A stretch of DNA of 64,000 nt, from NCBI GenBank assembly GCA_017608505.1, contig JAFCFT010000002.1, forward strand, positions 15,299 to 79,298, read 5' to 3'. Of the stretch, positions 47,484-56,546 are shown in pieces. A program made the position numbers and the translations under genes. The notes below the pieces were generated by a model. It did no database searches. It had not been told where the DNA came from and saw nothing but the letters and a program-made list of their open reading frames with translations. How positions within the stretch are numbered: position 1 is the first letter of the stretch; every line of letters begins with the position of its first letter. Source of the stretch: Candidatus Parvarchaeota archaeon. Its GTDB lineage: Archaea > Nanobdellota > Nanobdellia > WJKC01.

Positions 47484-47963
47484 TCACGGAATGAGACTGT
47501 AAAGCAGTCCTCTGAAGAACAGAAGCAGTATAAAACCTGCAATGAAAATTACTGCCAACAATTTCTCTTTCTTGCTGCCTGTCTCTACCCCGCCCTCAAA
47601 AATGGTAAATGCATAGCCTGCGGGCGGGGCTAATTGAACACCTGAAGGCGTACCCATGTCTAAAATCAAGTGGCTTATGTAGCCAAGTGTTAAGCCGAAC
47701 AACAAGGGATTGTCGCTGAATATGAATCCGCTAATCACAAGGGCTAGCGCGACATACACGCTGTGAGTTACTGACCTGTGGCCAACAGTATTGTATAACT
47801 GCCTGCTGATACGAGGGAACAACCTGCCAATGAAGCTGAACGGATAGTCAATGTCAGGCAGAACGGAACCCAAAATTACAAATAAAAGAGGCAAAAATTC
47901 GAAAGGCACGCCCAGCAATCCTGAGAAAAACAAGCCGAAAGCAATATGAGTGTAAAATCGCAT
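47484..47963 (-). CDS. Membrane-bound metal-dependent hydrolase (YdjM-like)
   Basis: TH, GSVLPDID, HRSVTHS, GYISHLILD.GT..G. Confidence 0.9.
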   Translation of the reverse strand: MRFYTHIAFGLFFSGLLGVPFEFLPLLFVILGSVLPDIDYPFSFIGRLFPRISRQLYNTVGHRSVTHSVYVALALVISGFIFSDNPLLFGLTLGYISHLILDMGTPSGVQLAPPAGYAFTIFEGGVETGSKKEKLLAVIFIAGFILLLFFRGLLYSLIP

Positions 47964-48030
47964 GCCTTACTATTGAATAGAAGAAGTATTTAAAGTTGGA
48001 GTTGGATATAAATATATAGGGGATGTATAA

Positions 48031-48219
48031 TTATCCCCTAACTAAAACGAATACAATTGAAGACAATGTTGTTCCTGCTATGCTTCCTAAAATCAATGAA
48101 GGCCATGAAGCAAAACCCACTTTTTTGAAGAATACTGCACTTCCTAATGTAAATAATCCAAACTTTATCCCTAAAGATCCTACTTGATTTATTAAACCAC
48201 TCAATAATTCCTGATACAT
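48031..48219 (-). CDS. Small hydrophobic protein
   Basis: 62 aa, Gly/Ser-rich TM segments; SD GGAGGTGA. Confidence 0.65.
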   Translation of the reverse strand: MYQELLSGLINQVGSLGIKFGLFTLGSAVFFKKVGFASWPSLILGSIAGTTLSSIVFVLVRG

Positions 48220-48325
48220 TTTAAAATCACCTCCTTTATATTTTTAAATATCTAATTCTATTTCTACAAATTTATATTTTAGCAAAGAATCATTTTAAAA
48301 AAAGAACTGTATGTATATACATTAA

Positions 48326-49207
48326 ATGAAAAAATATGTACCTAAATGGGAACCCCTTACTAAAAATTCGATGGAATCATTAGTTTATTTAGTATTTTTT
48401 AAACCAAGAATGCAAATTGAAGGTGTTAGGTTGATTTATGGCAAACCAAAACCTAACATTCAACCAATAATTAGAGCAAGAAAATATTTATACAATGCAG
48501 GATACATCGAGATTAGTAATGATCCACAGGATTTAAGAAATATTGTACTGAAGTCTAAGCCAGAACCTTTTATTAATTATGTTATTGATAAACTTAAGAA
48601 AAGGAGTGTTAGTGCTAAGCGAAAATTAGAAAAATATTATTTAACTGAGGATGAAAAAAGAATTTTATTTTTAATACTCGATTCAAATTGGTTTAGAAAT
48701 ACATTTTTTTCTAAAAGTTATATATTATCACATTACAACCGAGAATTTAATAAAGATAAAAATGGAAAACTATTTGTAACCAGCGCGTTTGTATATTTGG
48801 CGTACACTATTGAAAGAATATGTGTTTTAAGTTATATATTCAAATCCTTTTTTAAAGACCTCGTCCCAAATAATGACGATATAATTTCTTTTAATTCGTT
48901 TGATACATTTATAAAATATTGGGCTAGATTAAAATTTAATAAAAAGCTTAGATCTTTTTTGGATAAAATATTGCCAGAAGCAGAATTAAGACTGGGTTAT
49001 TCAATAAATCCTTTTTCAAGAAAACTTCCTCCAAAAAAAATTCGTAAGGAATTACTATATGAAAAAGTACTCAGGCATGATAATGTTGCATTATGTTTTC
49101 CTTTTGAATTGTCTAAAAAACTAATGTCAATAGGCAGAGTTCCAATGACCGAACATATTGTTTTTTCACAAATATTAGAGGAATATAGTAAGAATTACAA
49201 CATATAA
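48326..49207 (+). CDS. Hypothetical protein, possible N-terminal wHTH
   Basis: 293-aa ORF divergent from the ATPase module. Confidence 0.6.
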   Translation: MKKYVPKWEPLTKNSMESLVYLVFFKPRMQIEGVRLIYGKPKPNIQPIIRARKYLYNAGYIEISNDPQDLRNIVLKSKPEPFINYVIDKLKKRSVSAKRKLEKYYLTEDEKRILFLILDSNWFRNTFFSKSYILSHYNREFNKDKNGKLFVTSAFVYLAYTIERICVLSYIFKSFFKDLVPNNDDIISFNSFDTFIKYWARLKFNKKLRSFLDKILPEAELRLGYSINPFSRKLPPKKIRKELLYEKVLRHDNVALCFPFELSKKLMSIGRVPMTEHIVFSQILEEYSKNYNI

Positions 49208-49283
49208 AATCTTGATCATCTCGAAATAACTTATAATCTTTGTATTTCTTTTATATAATTCTTCTTCATATTATTAAGTTGAA

Positions 49284-49535
49284 ATGGTATTCTGCGAGTT
49301 CTGCAATATGAGGATGATAAGGTGCAGGCACGAGTACTATTGCCCCAAGTGCGGTTTGGTGAAGGAAGACTTCTTTGATACTAAAACAAGTTATGACGGC
49401 CGCACTTACCCGTACGGCGCTATGCCATTGTGGATGAGCAACTTGCCGCAAACAAAGCCGGCGCATGTCTGGCATAATGGCCGTCCAAGACCAATCTGGA
49501 AGATAAAGGAAATAGGGGTGGTGACATTTGAGTAA
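49284..49535 (+). CDS. Zn-ribbon protein resembling a TFB N-terminus
   Basis: CEFC...YYCPKCGLVKEDFFD. Confidence 0.65.
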   Translation: MVFCEFCNMRMIRCRHEYYCPKCGLVKEDFFDTKTSYDGRTYPYGAMPLWMSNLPQTKPAHVWHNGRPRPIWKIKEIGVVTFE

Positions 49536-49674
49536 AATCAACTTAAAGGCATTCAACAATTGCAAGGACTGTTTTCCATGCCCTAAGTGCCAGGCGCTGG
49601 AGTTAGAATTTAAAAGTGGGAAAATTGTATGTAAAAACTGTGATTATGACGCGACTGAGGTTTTTATTTTTTAA
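49528..49674 (+). CDS. 48-aa Zn-ribbon microprotein (not in the ORF track)
   Basis: MSKINLKAFNNCKDCFPCPKCQALELEFKSGKIVCKNCDYDATEVFIF; SD GGGGTGGTGA before TTG. Confidence 0.6.
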   Translation: MSKINLKAFNNCKDCFPCPKCQALELEFKSGKIVCKNCDYDATEVFIF

Positions 49675-50437
49675 AAATTTTAATTCTATCAATTTTTTGT
49701 TCTATAAATGTTTTTAAGTTAGGTTTTTTATCAATTAATTTTATAATTTTTATCTCTGAAGTAGGAATTACAATAACATCCTTTGTTTTCTTTTCTTGAA
49801 CTTTTAAAAAAGAACCTCTCTCTAAAAATTCTATGAATCTTACTTCTAGATTTTTTTTGCTGCTGGTTTTTATGTATCCAGTAGCTGTTTGATAGTGCAA
49901 CGTGCTTAAATGAGCCCATAAGCATACTATCAATAAATTAAATATCAATAAGAAAATGATATTAATTGGCTGATAATTAATAACCAAACCATAATTTGCT
50001 AATATGAATAAATACCTAAGATCTCCAAATCTTGTTATGATTAACGATTTGATTGAATGGGTGCTTTCAAAATTTGTTATTCTTTTAGACATGGCCCGAG
50101 ATTCCTTTTCAATTAAAAAAAAGTATACAAATAAACCTATTAGATAAACAAATGATGGAATTAATGATAAATAACTTTCAACGTTTATCCATATAGATAT
50201 TAAATTTAAAAATAACCATAATAAAAATGATGGGATAAAAATCAATTCAGATATAAACATAAATCCTAAAAATATTTTAGATTCTTTTGAAGAGTTTTTA
50301 TATTGCCAATTATTTGACCCAATTATTGATCCAATAAAATAAAAAACACCTATAAATAGACTAATTGTCACTGTTAAAATAGCTGGCTGACTAATCAAAT
50401 AAGAAACTAACCCACTAATTAATTCTTCCAAAAACAC
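49664..50437 (-). CDS. Multi-pass membrane protein
   Basis: Several TM segments and a C-terminal soluble beta domain. Confidence 0.65.
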   Translation of the reverse strand: MFLEELISGLVSYLISQPAILTVTISLFIGVFYFIGSIIGSNNWQYKNSSKESKIFLGFMFISELIFIPSFLLWLFLNLISIWINVESYLSLIPSFVYLIGLFVYFFLIEKESRAMSKRITNFESTHSIKSLIITRFGDLRYLFILANYGLVINYQPINIIFLLIFNLLIVCLWAHLSTLHYQTATGYIKTSSKKNLEVRFIEFLERGSFLKVQEKKTKDVIVIPTSEIKIIKLIDKKPNLKTFIEQKIDRIKIFKK

Positions 50438-50614
50438 ATTAAAATAAATTTATCATTTAAATAATAACTTTTCTAAAACATCACACCAATATTGTATTAA
50501 TATCCCAAGCGCCTGAATGCCGAAGGCATCCATAGGATTCTGCGTCACTGAATAAGCCCACAATCCAAGAACAAAGAATACGTTGCCTACGAAGGCAACG
50601 AATACAGAACTCAT

Positions 50615-51784
50615 TTAGCGCCTCCTGAGTATTGCCTGGGCTTTTTGTTGCAACAGCTTCTTGACTTCAGGGTCCTTGATCAACTCGTTCAATAAGTAGT
50701 CTTTGTTGCGCTCTTCCTCGTCAATCTGCATTAATGTCTTGCGGTCAAGTATTAACCCGCAGTTATCGCAGTACTTGCTGGTTGGTTCATTGCTGTTCTT
50801 GCAGCGGGGGCAGGTCATCACTTTTAATGATTCATTGTCATCCTCTTCTCCAATCTGCACGCCATTAACTTTCAACAAGGCTTTGTCAACATCCCTGCCT
50901 GACAAGTGGATGTAAACGCTTGCCATCTTCGAACCCTGCACCCAGCCGAAGTACTCCTTCATCTGCGCCTCAGTCAAGTGATTACACAAGTGAGTAGCCC
51001 TAGCATGCCTAAAAGAATGCGGATTCACTCGCTTACTAATATTAGCTCTCCTAGCAATCCTAATAAGTTTAACCCTAATCATGCTGTAACTTAATTGCTT
51101 AGGCTCGTAACAAAGATTAACCCATAAAGGAGCATCAGGGTCATTCTTCAGTGGATGCTCATTCAACCAACGAGCCAAATAAGAAACGCTGGCTATAATC
51201 CTAACCCTTCGCTGACCAGTCTTCCCGCTAACTAATAACTTGGCCCCGTACTTATCAAACGCTACATGCTTCAATTTTAAGTTGCCAATCTCTCCAATCC
51301 TGCAACCACTCTCATACAAACAACTAACTAGCGCCTTATCCCTACTATTCTTAGCAGCTTCAATCATTTGCTTGACCTCTTCTTGTGTTAGTATCTCCTC
51401 TGGCATTCGCTTAGCATTCTTATAATTAAACTTAATCCACTTAACACAATCAGGCACCTCCTCACTCTCATGTAACCAAGTCACGAACTTCCTCAAAATA
51501 CGCTTATAAGTAATCTTAGTCCAACCAGTATAATCACGAGACTCAATCTCACCAACCAACTTAATATAATCCTCTTTTACTAACTCCTTGAAGTCACGAT
51601 CAACCATCTCACCCCACAACTTCAAGACTTGCAAGTAACGATCAATACGCGCCTTGCTCAAGCCATTAGCCTTCAAGTAATCAACAAACTTAACAAAGTA
51701 ACCCTTGTTAACTTCCAGGATGTCCGCTGCCATCAAGCGATTAAAACTGCCTTCGACTCGTTTATCATAATCATGGATGCCCAC
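50615..51784 (-). CDS. Tyrosine recombinase/integrase with C-terminal Zn ribbon
   Basis: YESGCRIGE, GKTG.R, PHSFRH, YIHLS catalytic set; CPRC...CDNCG. Confidence 0.96.
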   Translation of the reverse strand: MGIHDYDKRVEGSFNRLMAADILEVNKGYFVKFVDYLKANGLSKARIDRYLQVLKLWGEMVDRDFKELVKEDYIKLVGEIESRDYTGWTKITYKRILRKFVTWLHESEEVPDCVKWIKFNYKNAKRMPEEILTQEEVKQMIEAAKNSRDKALVSCLYESGCRIGEIGNLKLKHVAFDKYGAKLLVSGKTGQRRVRIIASVSYLARWLNEHPLKNDPDAPLWVNLCYEPKQLSYSMIRVKLIRIARRANISKRVNPHSFRHARATHLCNHLTEAQMKEYFGWVQGSKMASVYIHLSGRDVDKALLKVNGVQIGEEDDNESLKVMTCPRCKNSNEPTSKYCDNCGLILDRKTLMQIDEEERNKDYLLNELIKDPEVKKLLQQKAQAILRRR

Positions 51785-51818
51785 AACCTATCACCATTAC
51801 ACTTCATGTATTATCCTG

Positions 51819-51833
51819 AAGAAGTATTTAAGG
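51819..51833 (-). promoter_or_regulatory. Island promoter motif CCTTAAATACTTCTT (TATA plus conserved 3' flank)
   Basis: Near-identical copies at 40533-40547 and 47981-47995; variants at 43015-43029 and 26661-26677. Confidence 0.6.
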
Positions 51834-51867
51834 TTGGGGTGGTGGGCGTTGCCACCAACCCTCCCTA

Positions 51868-51942
51868 CGCCCGGGCCGGGATTTGAACCCGGGTCCTCGG
51901 ATCGACAGTCCGAGATCCTAGGCCAGACTAGACTACCCGGGC
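51868..51942 (-). tRNA. tRNA-Asp(GUC), intronless; integration target
   Basis: GCCCGGG TAGTCTAGTCTGGCCTAGGAT CTCGGA CTGTCGA TCCGAG GAC CCGGGTTCAAATCCCGG CCCGGGCG cloverleaf. Confidence 0.96.
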
Positions 51943-52027
51943 ATTTTGGTTTCATTATATGCTTAGGATTTTTAAACTTTATCTTGCTGATGGAAAAACA
52001 AAAGTTTTTAAAACAAGTTTTTAAAAT

Positions 52028-52993
52028 ATGAAACTTATGAAATCAATGTACAATGTTTTAGGATCAAAAGAGCTTGGCGAATACACTAGTGAAAATTTAA
52101 TTCAGGATTTAAAAAGCACAGATTTATGGGGCGAGTACCAAACCAATCAAGCTGTGCCGACCCCTGCTAAAATAATGAGTTTTTCAAGAAGTAAATTATT
52201 TAAAGCATCGCCAATAATGAGCTTGTTTACTATAGCATTCTACGAAAGCAAGGGTGTGGCAATGAGTTATAAAAGCAACCTTGCTGTTAAATTAATACAT
52301 GGACGCTTAAGAAAATGCTACATTCCTTACGACACAATATTTATTCCAGGCAATAACTTTGCAGGCAAACACGTTTTAGAACACGAAAAAATACATCATA
52401 TACATAAGAATTTAATACAATCATTCTTGTCAAGTCAGGATGACGACTTAGTAAAGAATACTTTGGATTACTTATTAACACACAAAATTAAAGAGACTGA
52501 ATTAAAGAACTGTGTGAGCGCAACAAAACTTGCATTTCCAGAAATAGAATCATTGCTCGATGCAAAAGATAACATTGAAACTATCAGAGAGTATTCAAAT
52601 TATTTATCAGGACTTGTAATGAGCAAAACGCCATTTTGGGCAAAAGAGTGCTTTGCAGAACACTACGCGAGTTCTAAATTTATCAGCAACACAAACAAAA
52701 TATATATTGCTGCAATGTTATTATCTGAAGCTTGCATGCTAGTAAATGTATTAAATACTTTATTAAATGATGCCAACATGCATAGCATGTTAAACTTTTG
52801 CAAAATAATGTACATTACTGGATTAACATTGTACCTTGCCAAATCCTTTAGCCCTTATATGACTGGGAAGAGTCAATGGAGCAAATTTACTAAAGGGCTA
52901 AACAGCCATGAAAAATTTTTAATATCAGCATTCCCGCCTAAGAAAAAGAAAGATTTAGACCAACAGTTAAAAACTCTTAATGAATATTTCTAA
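52028..52993 (+). CDS. Hypothetical protein with zincin-like HExxH motif
   Basis: LEHEKIH and downstream ECFAE; C-terminal hydrophobic helices. Confidence 0.55.
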   Translation: MKLMKSMYNVLGSKELGEYTSENLIQDLKSTDLWGEYQTNQAVPTPAKIMSFSRSKLFKASPIMSLFTIAFYESKGVAMSYKSNLAVKLIHGRLRKCYIPYDTIFIPGNNFAGKHVLEHEKIHHIHKNLIQSFLSSQDDDLVKNTLDYLLTHKIKETELKNCVSATKLAFPEIESLLDAKDNIETIREYSNYLSGLVMSKTPFWAKECFAEHYASSKFISNTNKIYIAAMLLSEACMLVNVLNTLLNDANMHSMLNFCKIMYITGLTLYLAKSFSPYMTGKSQWSKFTKGLNSHEKFLISAFPPKKKKDLDQQLKTLNEYF

Positions 52994-52995
52994 AA

Positions 52996-53220
52996 CTATT
53001 CACGAGCATTTCTTTTCCAAAAACACCACCTAATGTAATTAAAAATAAGCAGGAATACAAACAACAAAATCCATGTATGGGCGCTCTCCCACGGGACTAG
53101 CCCTAATATTTTAATTGTAAACACCGCAACCCAGTATAAAACAAACAAAACAATAGTCTCAATAAAGCTTACTACGAGTGGTCCTAAGTACTTTTTCCTT
53201 AAATTTCTGCGCGCTTTCAT
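52996..53220 (-). CDS. Small two-TM membrane protein
   Basis: Basic N-terminus and two hydrophobic segments. Confidence 0.6.
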   Translation of the reverse strand: MKARRNLRKKYLGPLVVSFIETIVLFVLYWVAVFTIKILGLVPWESAHTWILLFVFLLIFNYIRWCFWKRNARE

Positions 53221-53231
53221 ATTAAAATATC

Positions 53232-53453
53232 TCCCGCCGCCCGGATTTTCACCCTAAGACCTTACCTCCCTTAAGAGGGGGTGGGTAGGCCCTAGGGAGG
53301 GGGAAGCTTCCCCCTCTCTGGGGCTTGAACCGGGAACCTCACGGTTGCTGCTCAACTGCTGTTGGTCCAATACTAATTTGTATTGAACTACAGCCGTGCG
53401 TTGTAGGTAAATTATTCAAATAATTTACTCTCTACCAGTTGAGCTACGGCGGG
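53232..53453 (-). tRNA. tRNA-Tyr(GUA) with three introns (24/25, 37/38, 59/60)
   Basis: Removing 53401-53429, 53346-53387 and 53246-53323 gives a 73-nt cloverleaf with C1-G72 and A73; BHB central helices GTAG/CTAC, CTGT/GCAG, TTCA/TGAA. Confidence 0.92.
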
Positions 53454-53495
53454 ACGAAATTTAAAAAATTCTTTTAACATTTAAATGTTTTGGAG

Positions 53496-53978
53496 TCAAA
53501 GAAAATCTTTGATGCGTGAATAAAAACTCGAGCCCTTTTTTTCGATAGTTAATCTTTCTTCTTCAGTCATTGTGTATTCTCTAACTATTAAAAAACTTTC
53601 TTTGTATATTGTGTCTATCTCTATGCAAAGCAGGCCGTAATCATAGTTGTCGCACATTTCTTCTGCAAGAGCATATTTAACAGCATTATTTAGACTGTCT
53701 ATGTATTCATTTATTAGACAGTAATCTTCTTCGTCTGCTTTTCTTCTTGCTTCTGCAAAAGTCTGCATAACTGCATCGTATAGCTCTATGAATGCTCTTT
53801 TGTTGTCTATAGCATTTACTATGCCAACAGGATCCATATATTTCTCCAAATCAATTTCTTCGTAGTCAATGTTGTATTTTTCTGAAATCAACTTTTTTAG
53901 AATATTTTCATAATAATTCAAACTTTCTGGAAACCATATGTCTACTATTTCTGTAAATTCAGAATACATGTCATTCAA
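53496..53978 (-). CDS. Acidic hypothetical protein
   Basis: 160-aa ORF coupled to the upstream gene. Confidence 0.6.
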   Translation of the reverse strand: MNDMYSEFTEIVDIWFPESLNYYENILKKLISEKYNIDYEEIDLEKYMDPVGIVNAIDNKRAFIELYDAVMQTFAEARRKADEEDYCLINEYIDSLNNAVKYALAEEMCDNYDYGLLCIEIDTIYKESFLIVREYTMTEEERLTIEKKGSSFYSRIKDFL

Positions 53979-55408
53979 GGTTCGCCACCCTTTATTATCT
54001 CTATTATTGGTGTGTTGCTTTTAACTTCTTTAATTTTTCCTTTGTACTTGAATTTCACAAGCGCTGGAGGCAATGAGACCCTTCCGACTAACTCAACATC
54101 TGTTTTAAATTTGTATGATATAAGCACTTCTTCTCTTGGCCTTAATGTGCCGCAATTAAATTTAAGCCATCTTTTGACTTTATCAACTTCGCCTTTAATG
54201 CTTCCAAAGCCCCCTAGTTTTTTGACATATAGCGGGATGTCTTCAATAATTAACACTTCATTAACAGGCTTAAATCCTATGTTCTTGACTCTAATTGCAA
54301 TTTTTATTAAAAGTTCTTTGCCTTCTCTTTTTGAAAGAATTATTTCTTTTGCAACTTTAATTTTCCTGTTAAACACTACAATTGCAAAAATTGCAAGCAA
54401 GACAAAAAATGGCAAAAGCGTTAATGGCAAGTACGAAATGTTTATTGTTAAAAGCGCGCTTTGACCTCTTTTTAAAGTGACATTGCGCGCAAACATGTTA
54501 TTAACCATGTCGCTGGAAGAAAACTTGCGCTCTTCAATTAATTTGTTTCCTTCATAAATCTTGTATTCTATGCTTGTGATTAAAAAAGACTCAAGAGGAT
54601 TGGATGTGTGATTTATATTAACTACGATATCTTCATTTCCAGTGTTATTAATTGTTTTTAAAATGCGTTTGCCAAAAAGATCTTCTGTTGCGCTTACAGA
54701 AATTGAGGAGTTCTTGTAACTTGAGATTCTTAATGTTTTTGCAGACTGCGTAATAACTTTGCCGCCAACAATTGCTTCAACAAGCAAAGTGTACTCTCCA
54801 GGCTCTAATTTTGGGTCAAGAACAATTTCTTTTGTAAATTCATTAAGGCCTTTTGTAAATTTGACGATGCTTGAAGAATTATAGATTATTCTATTTTCAT
54901 TTGAAATCACTACATTGAATCTAGGATAGACTTCGTCTACGTTGCTTACTATTGTTCCTGTTATGTTAAAAGGATTTCTTGGGTCTGCTGTGTATGTTCC
55001 TACAAGCGTCAAATTTTGAAGTTTAACAGGTTCAACAGACTTGTACAATATTGTTGATAAAATATTGATTTTTTCAGTTGTGCTGTTGTAAGTGACTATT
55101 AGAGGGGTTATATATTCTCCAGGAATCATGTCTGCTCTTACTGTAATTGTTAAGTTTACAGCAATGCTCTCATTAGGGTCTAAGTACAGATTGACAGAAG
55201 GTTTGACGCTTACAGTTCCAAAATTAATGAAATTTATAGTGTTTATGTAAACATGAATATTTTCTGAAGCATCGTTTGTAAAATTTATTGTGTATTGCAA
55301 GCTCTCCTCAGGAAACACTCTTGTTTTTACGTTCTTAACTTCATATGTTAATGCAAATGCCTGCGAAATTACTAGCAAGGAAATAACAGTTAATAATATT
55401 TTTTTCAT
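53975..55408 (-). CDS. Cell-surface Ig-fold membrane protein
   Basis: Signal peptide, beta-rich repeats (PGEY), TM helix, DUF11-like C-terminal domain. Confidence 0.75.
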   Translation of the reverse strand: MKKILLTVISLLVISQAFALTYEVKNVKTRVFPEESLQYTINFTNDASENIHVYINTINFINFGTVSVKPSVNLYLDPNESIAVNLTITVRADMIPGEYITPLIVTYNSTTEKINILSTILYKSVEPVKLQNLTLVGTYTADPRNPFNITGTIVSNVDEVYPRFNVVISNENRIIYNSSSIVKFTKGLNEFTKEIVLDPKLEPGEYTLLVEAIVGGKVITQSAKTLRISSYKNSSISVSATEDLFGKRILKTINNTGNEDIVVNINHTSNPLESFLITSIEYKIYEGNKLIEERKFSSSDMVNNMFARNVTLKRGQSALLTINISYLPLTLLPFFVLLAIFAIVVFNRKIKVAKEIILSKREGKELLIKIAIRVKNIGFKPVNEVLIIEDIPLYVKKLGGFGSIKGEVDKVKRWLKFNCGTLRPREEVLISYKFKTDVELVGRVSLPPALVKFKYKGKIKEVKSNTPIIEIIKGGEP

Positions 55409-55477
55409 TATTTTTTGAAATTAATGCTTAAATAATAAAGTTTTCTATAAATAACGCAAAGTATTTTAGTTACTCTG

Positions 55478-56140
55478 TTGTCTAATAATATAATGAAACG
55501 CCCTAAAAGAGTTAGATTTTCATTCATTAAATTATTTTTCAAAAGAATCTTTAGAAGAAAAAAATCTTTTAAGCTTGGAATTTACGGTCCCCCAAATGTA
55601 GGCAAAACAAGCATTGCAAACAAAATCAGCGTGGATTGGATTGGCGAGGAAGTTGGGGTTGTAAGCAATGTGCCTCATGAAACCCGCGAAATACAAATTA
55701 AAGAGCATGTCATTATGGAAAAAGACGGCAAAAAACTAGAGATTAATTTAATAGACACGCCAGGAATCAGCACAAAAGTTGATTATGAAGAATTCTTAAA
55801 ATACAAAATCAAGGCAAAGGAAGCAAAGAAAAGGGCAATGGAAGCTACAAAAGGCATTATTGAAGCTATTAAATGGCTTGATGACATGGACGTTGTTTTA
55901 GCAGTTATGGATTCAACAAAAGACCCTTATACTCAAGTTAATATAACTATTTTAGGCAATCTTGAAGTAAGAAAAATACCTGTCATAATAGTTGCAAACA
56001 AAACAGACCTTAAAAGAAGCAAAGTCAAAAGAGTTGAGGCAGCATTTCCTCAATACAAAGTGGTGGGCGTTTCAGCCAAAAAAGGCAAAGGCTTTGATGA
56101 ATTATATGATGCAATATTTGAAATAAGCAAAAAGGTGTAA
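55478..56140 (+). CDS. oapA: Small Era-like GTPase OapA/ArvA
   Basis: GIYGPPNVGKT, VPHETR, DTPG, DPYTQVN, ANKTD; followed by DUF2073 and DUF2072. Confidence 0.9.
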   Translation: MSNNIMKRPKRVRFSFIKLFFKRIFRRKKSFKLGIYGPPNVGKTSIANKISVDWIGEEVGVVSNVPHETREIQIKEHVIMEKDGKKLEINLIDTPGISTKVDYEEFLKYKIKAKEAKKRAMEATKGIIEAIKWLDDMDVVLAVMDSTKDPYTQVNITILGNLEVRKIPVIIVANKTDLKRSKVKRVEAAFPQYKVVGVSAKKGKGFDELYDAIFEISKKV

Positions 56141-56142
56141 AA

Positions 56143-56514
56143 ATGAAGCTATCAATAGATTTCATGACTATAGAATCCTTAATGCAGGCATCCCAAGAGG
56201 AACGCATAAATTTAATTATAAAGAAAATGAAAGACAAAAAAATCATTGTATTTAACGGGCAATTTGACCCCAGAGATGAAGCTGCTTTAATTGAGGGCAC
56301 AATGAAACATGTAAACAAGCAGTTTCCAGGCATTGAAATCTGCTCTTTAAGTTATGAAGAACTTAATCCAAATATGAGCTGGCCTTTGAAATTAAAGCAC
56401 CGTCTTATTAAGCTTTTAACTGGCGGAAGAAGCGGCATAACAGTCATAGGCCCTGCAAAAATCATAAAAGAGATAAAACGCGAGCCAGACCGGATATCAT
56501 TGCTCACCAAATAA
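56143..56514 (+). CDS. oapB: DUF2073 protein OapB/ArvB
   Basis: E..LIE.TM...F.GIEI, ITVIGPA. Confidence 0.88.
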   Translation: MKLSIDFMTIESLMQASQEERINLIIKKMKDKKIIVFNGQFDPRDEAALIEGTMKHVNKQFPGIEICSLSYEELNPNMSWPLKLKHRLIKLLTGGRSGITVIGPAKIIKEIKREPDRISLLTK

Positions 56515-56546
56515 ATTTATAAGTCACTAATTTCAAAAAATAATCA

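Larger units (their letters stand above)
26386..51878. mobile_element. Integrative element (~25.5 kb) inserted at tRNA-Asp
   Basis: Tyrosine integrase next to tRNA-Asp, 12-bp terminal direct repeat, defence cargo, compositional shift. Confidence 0.85.
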
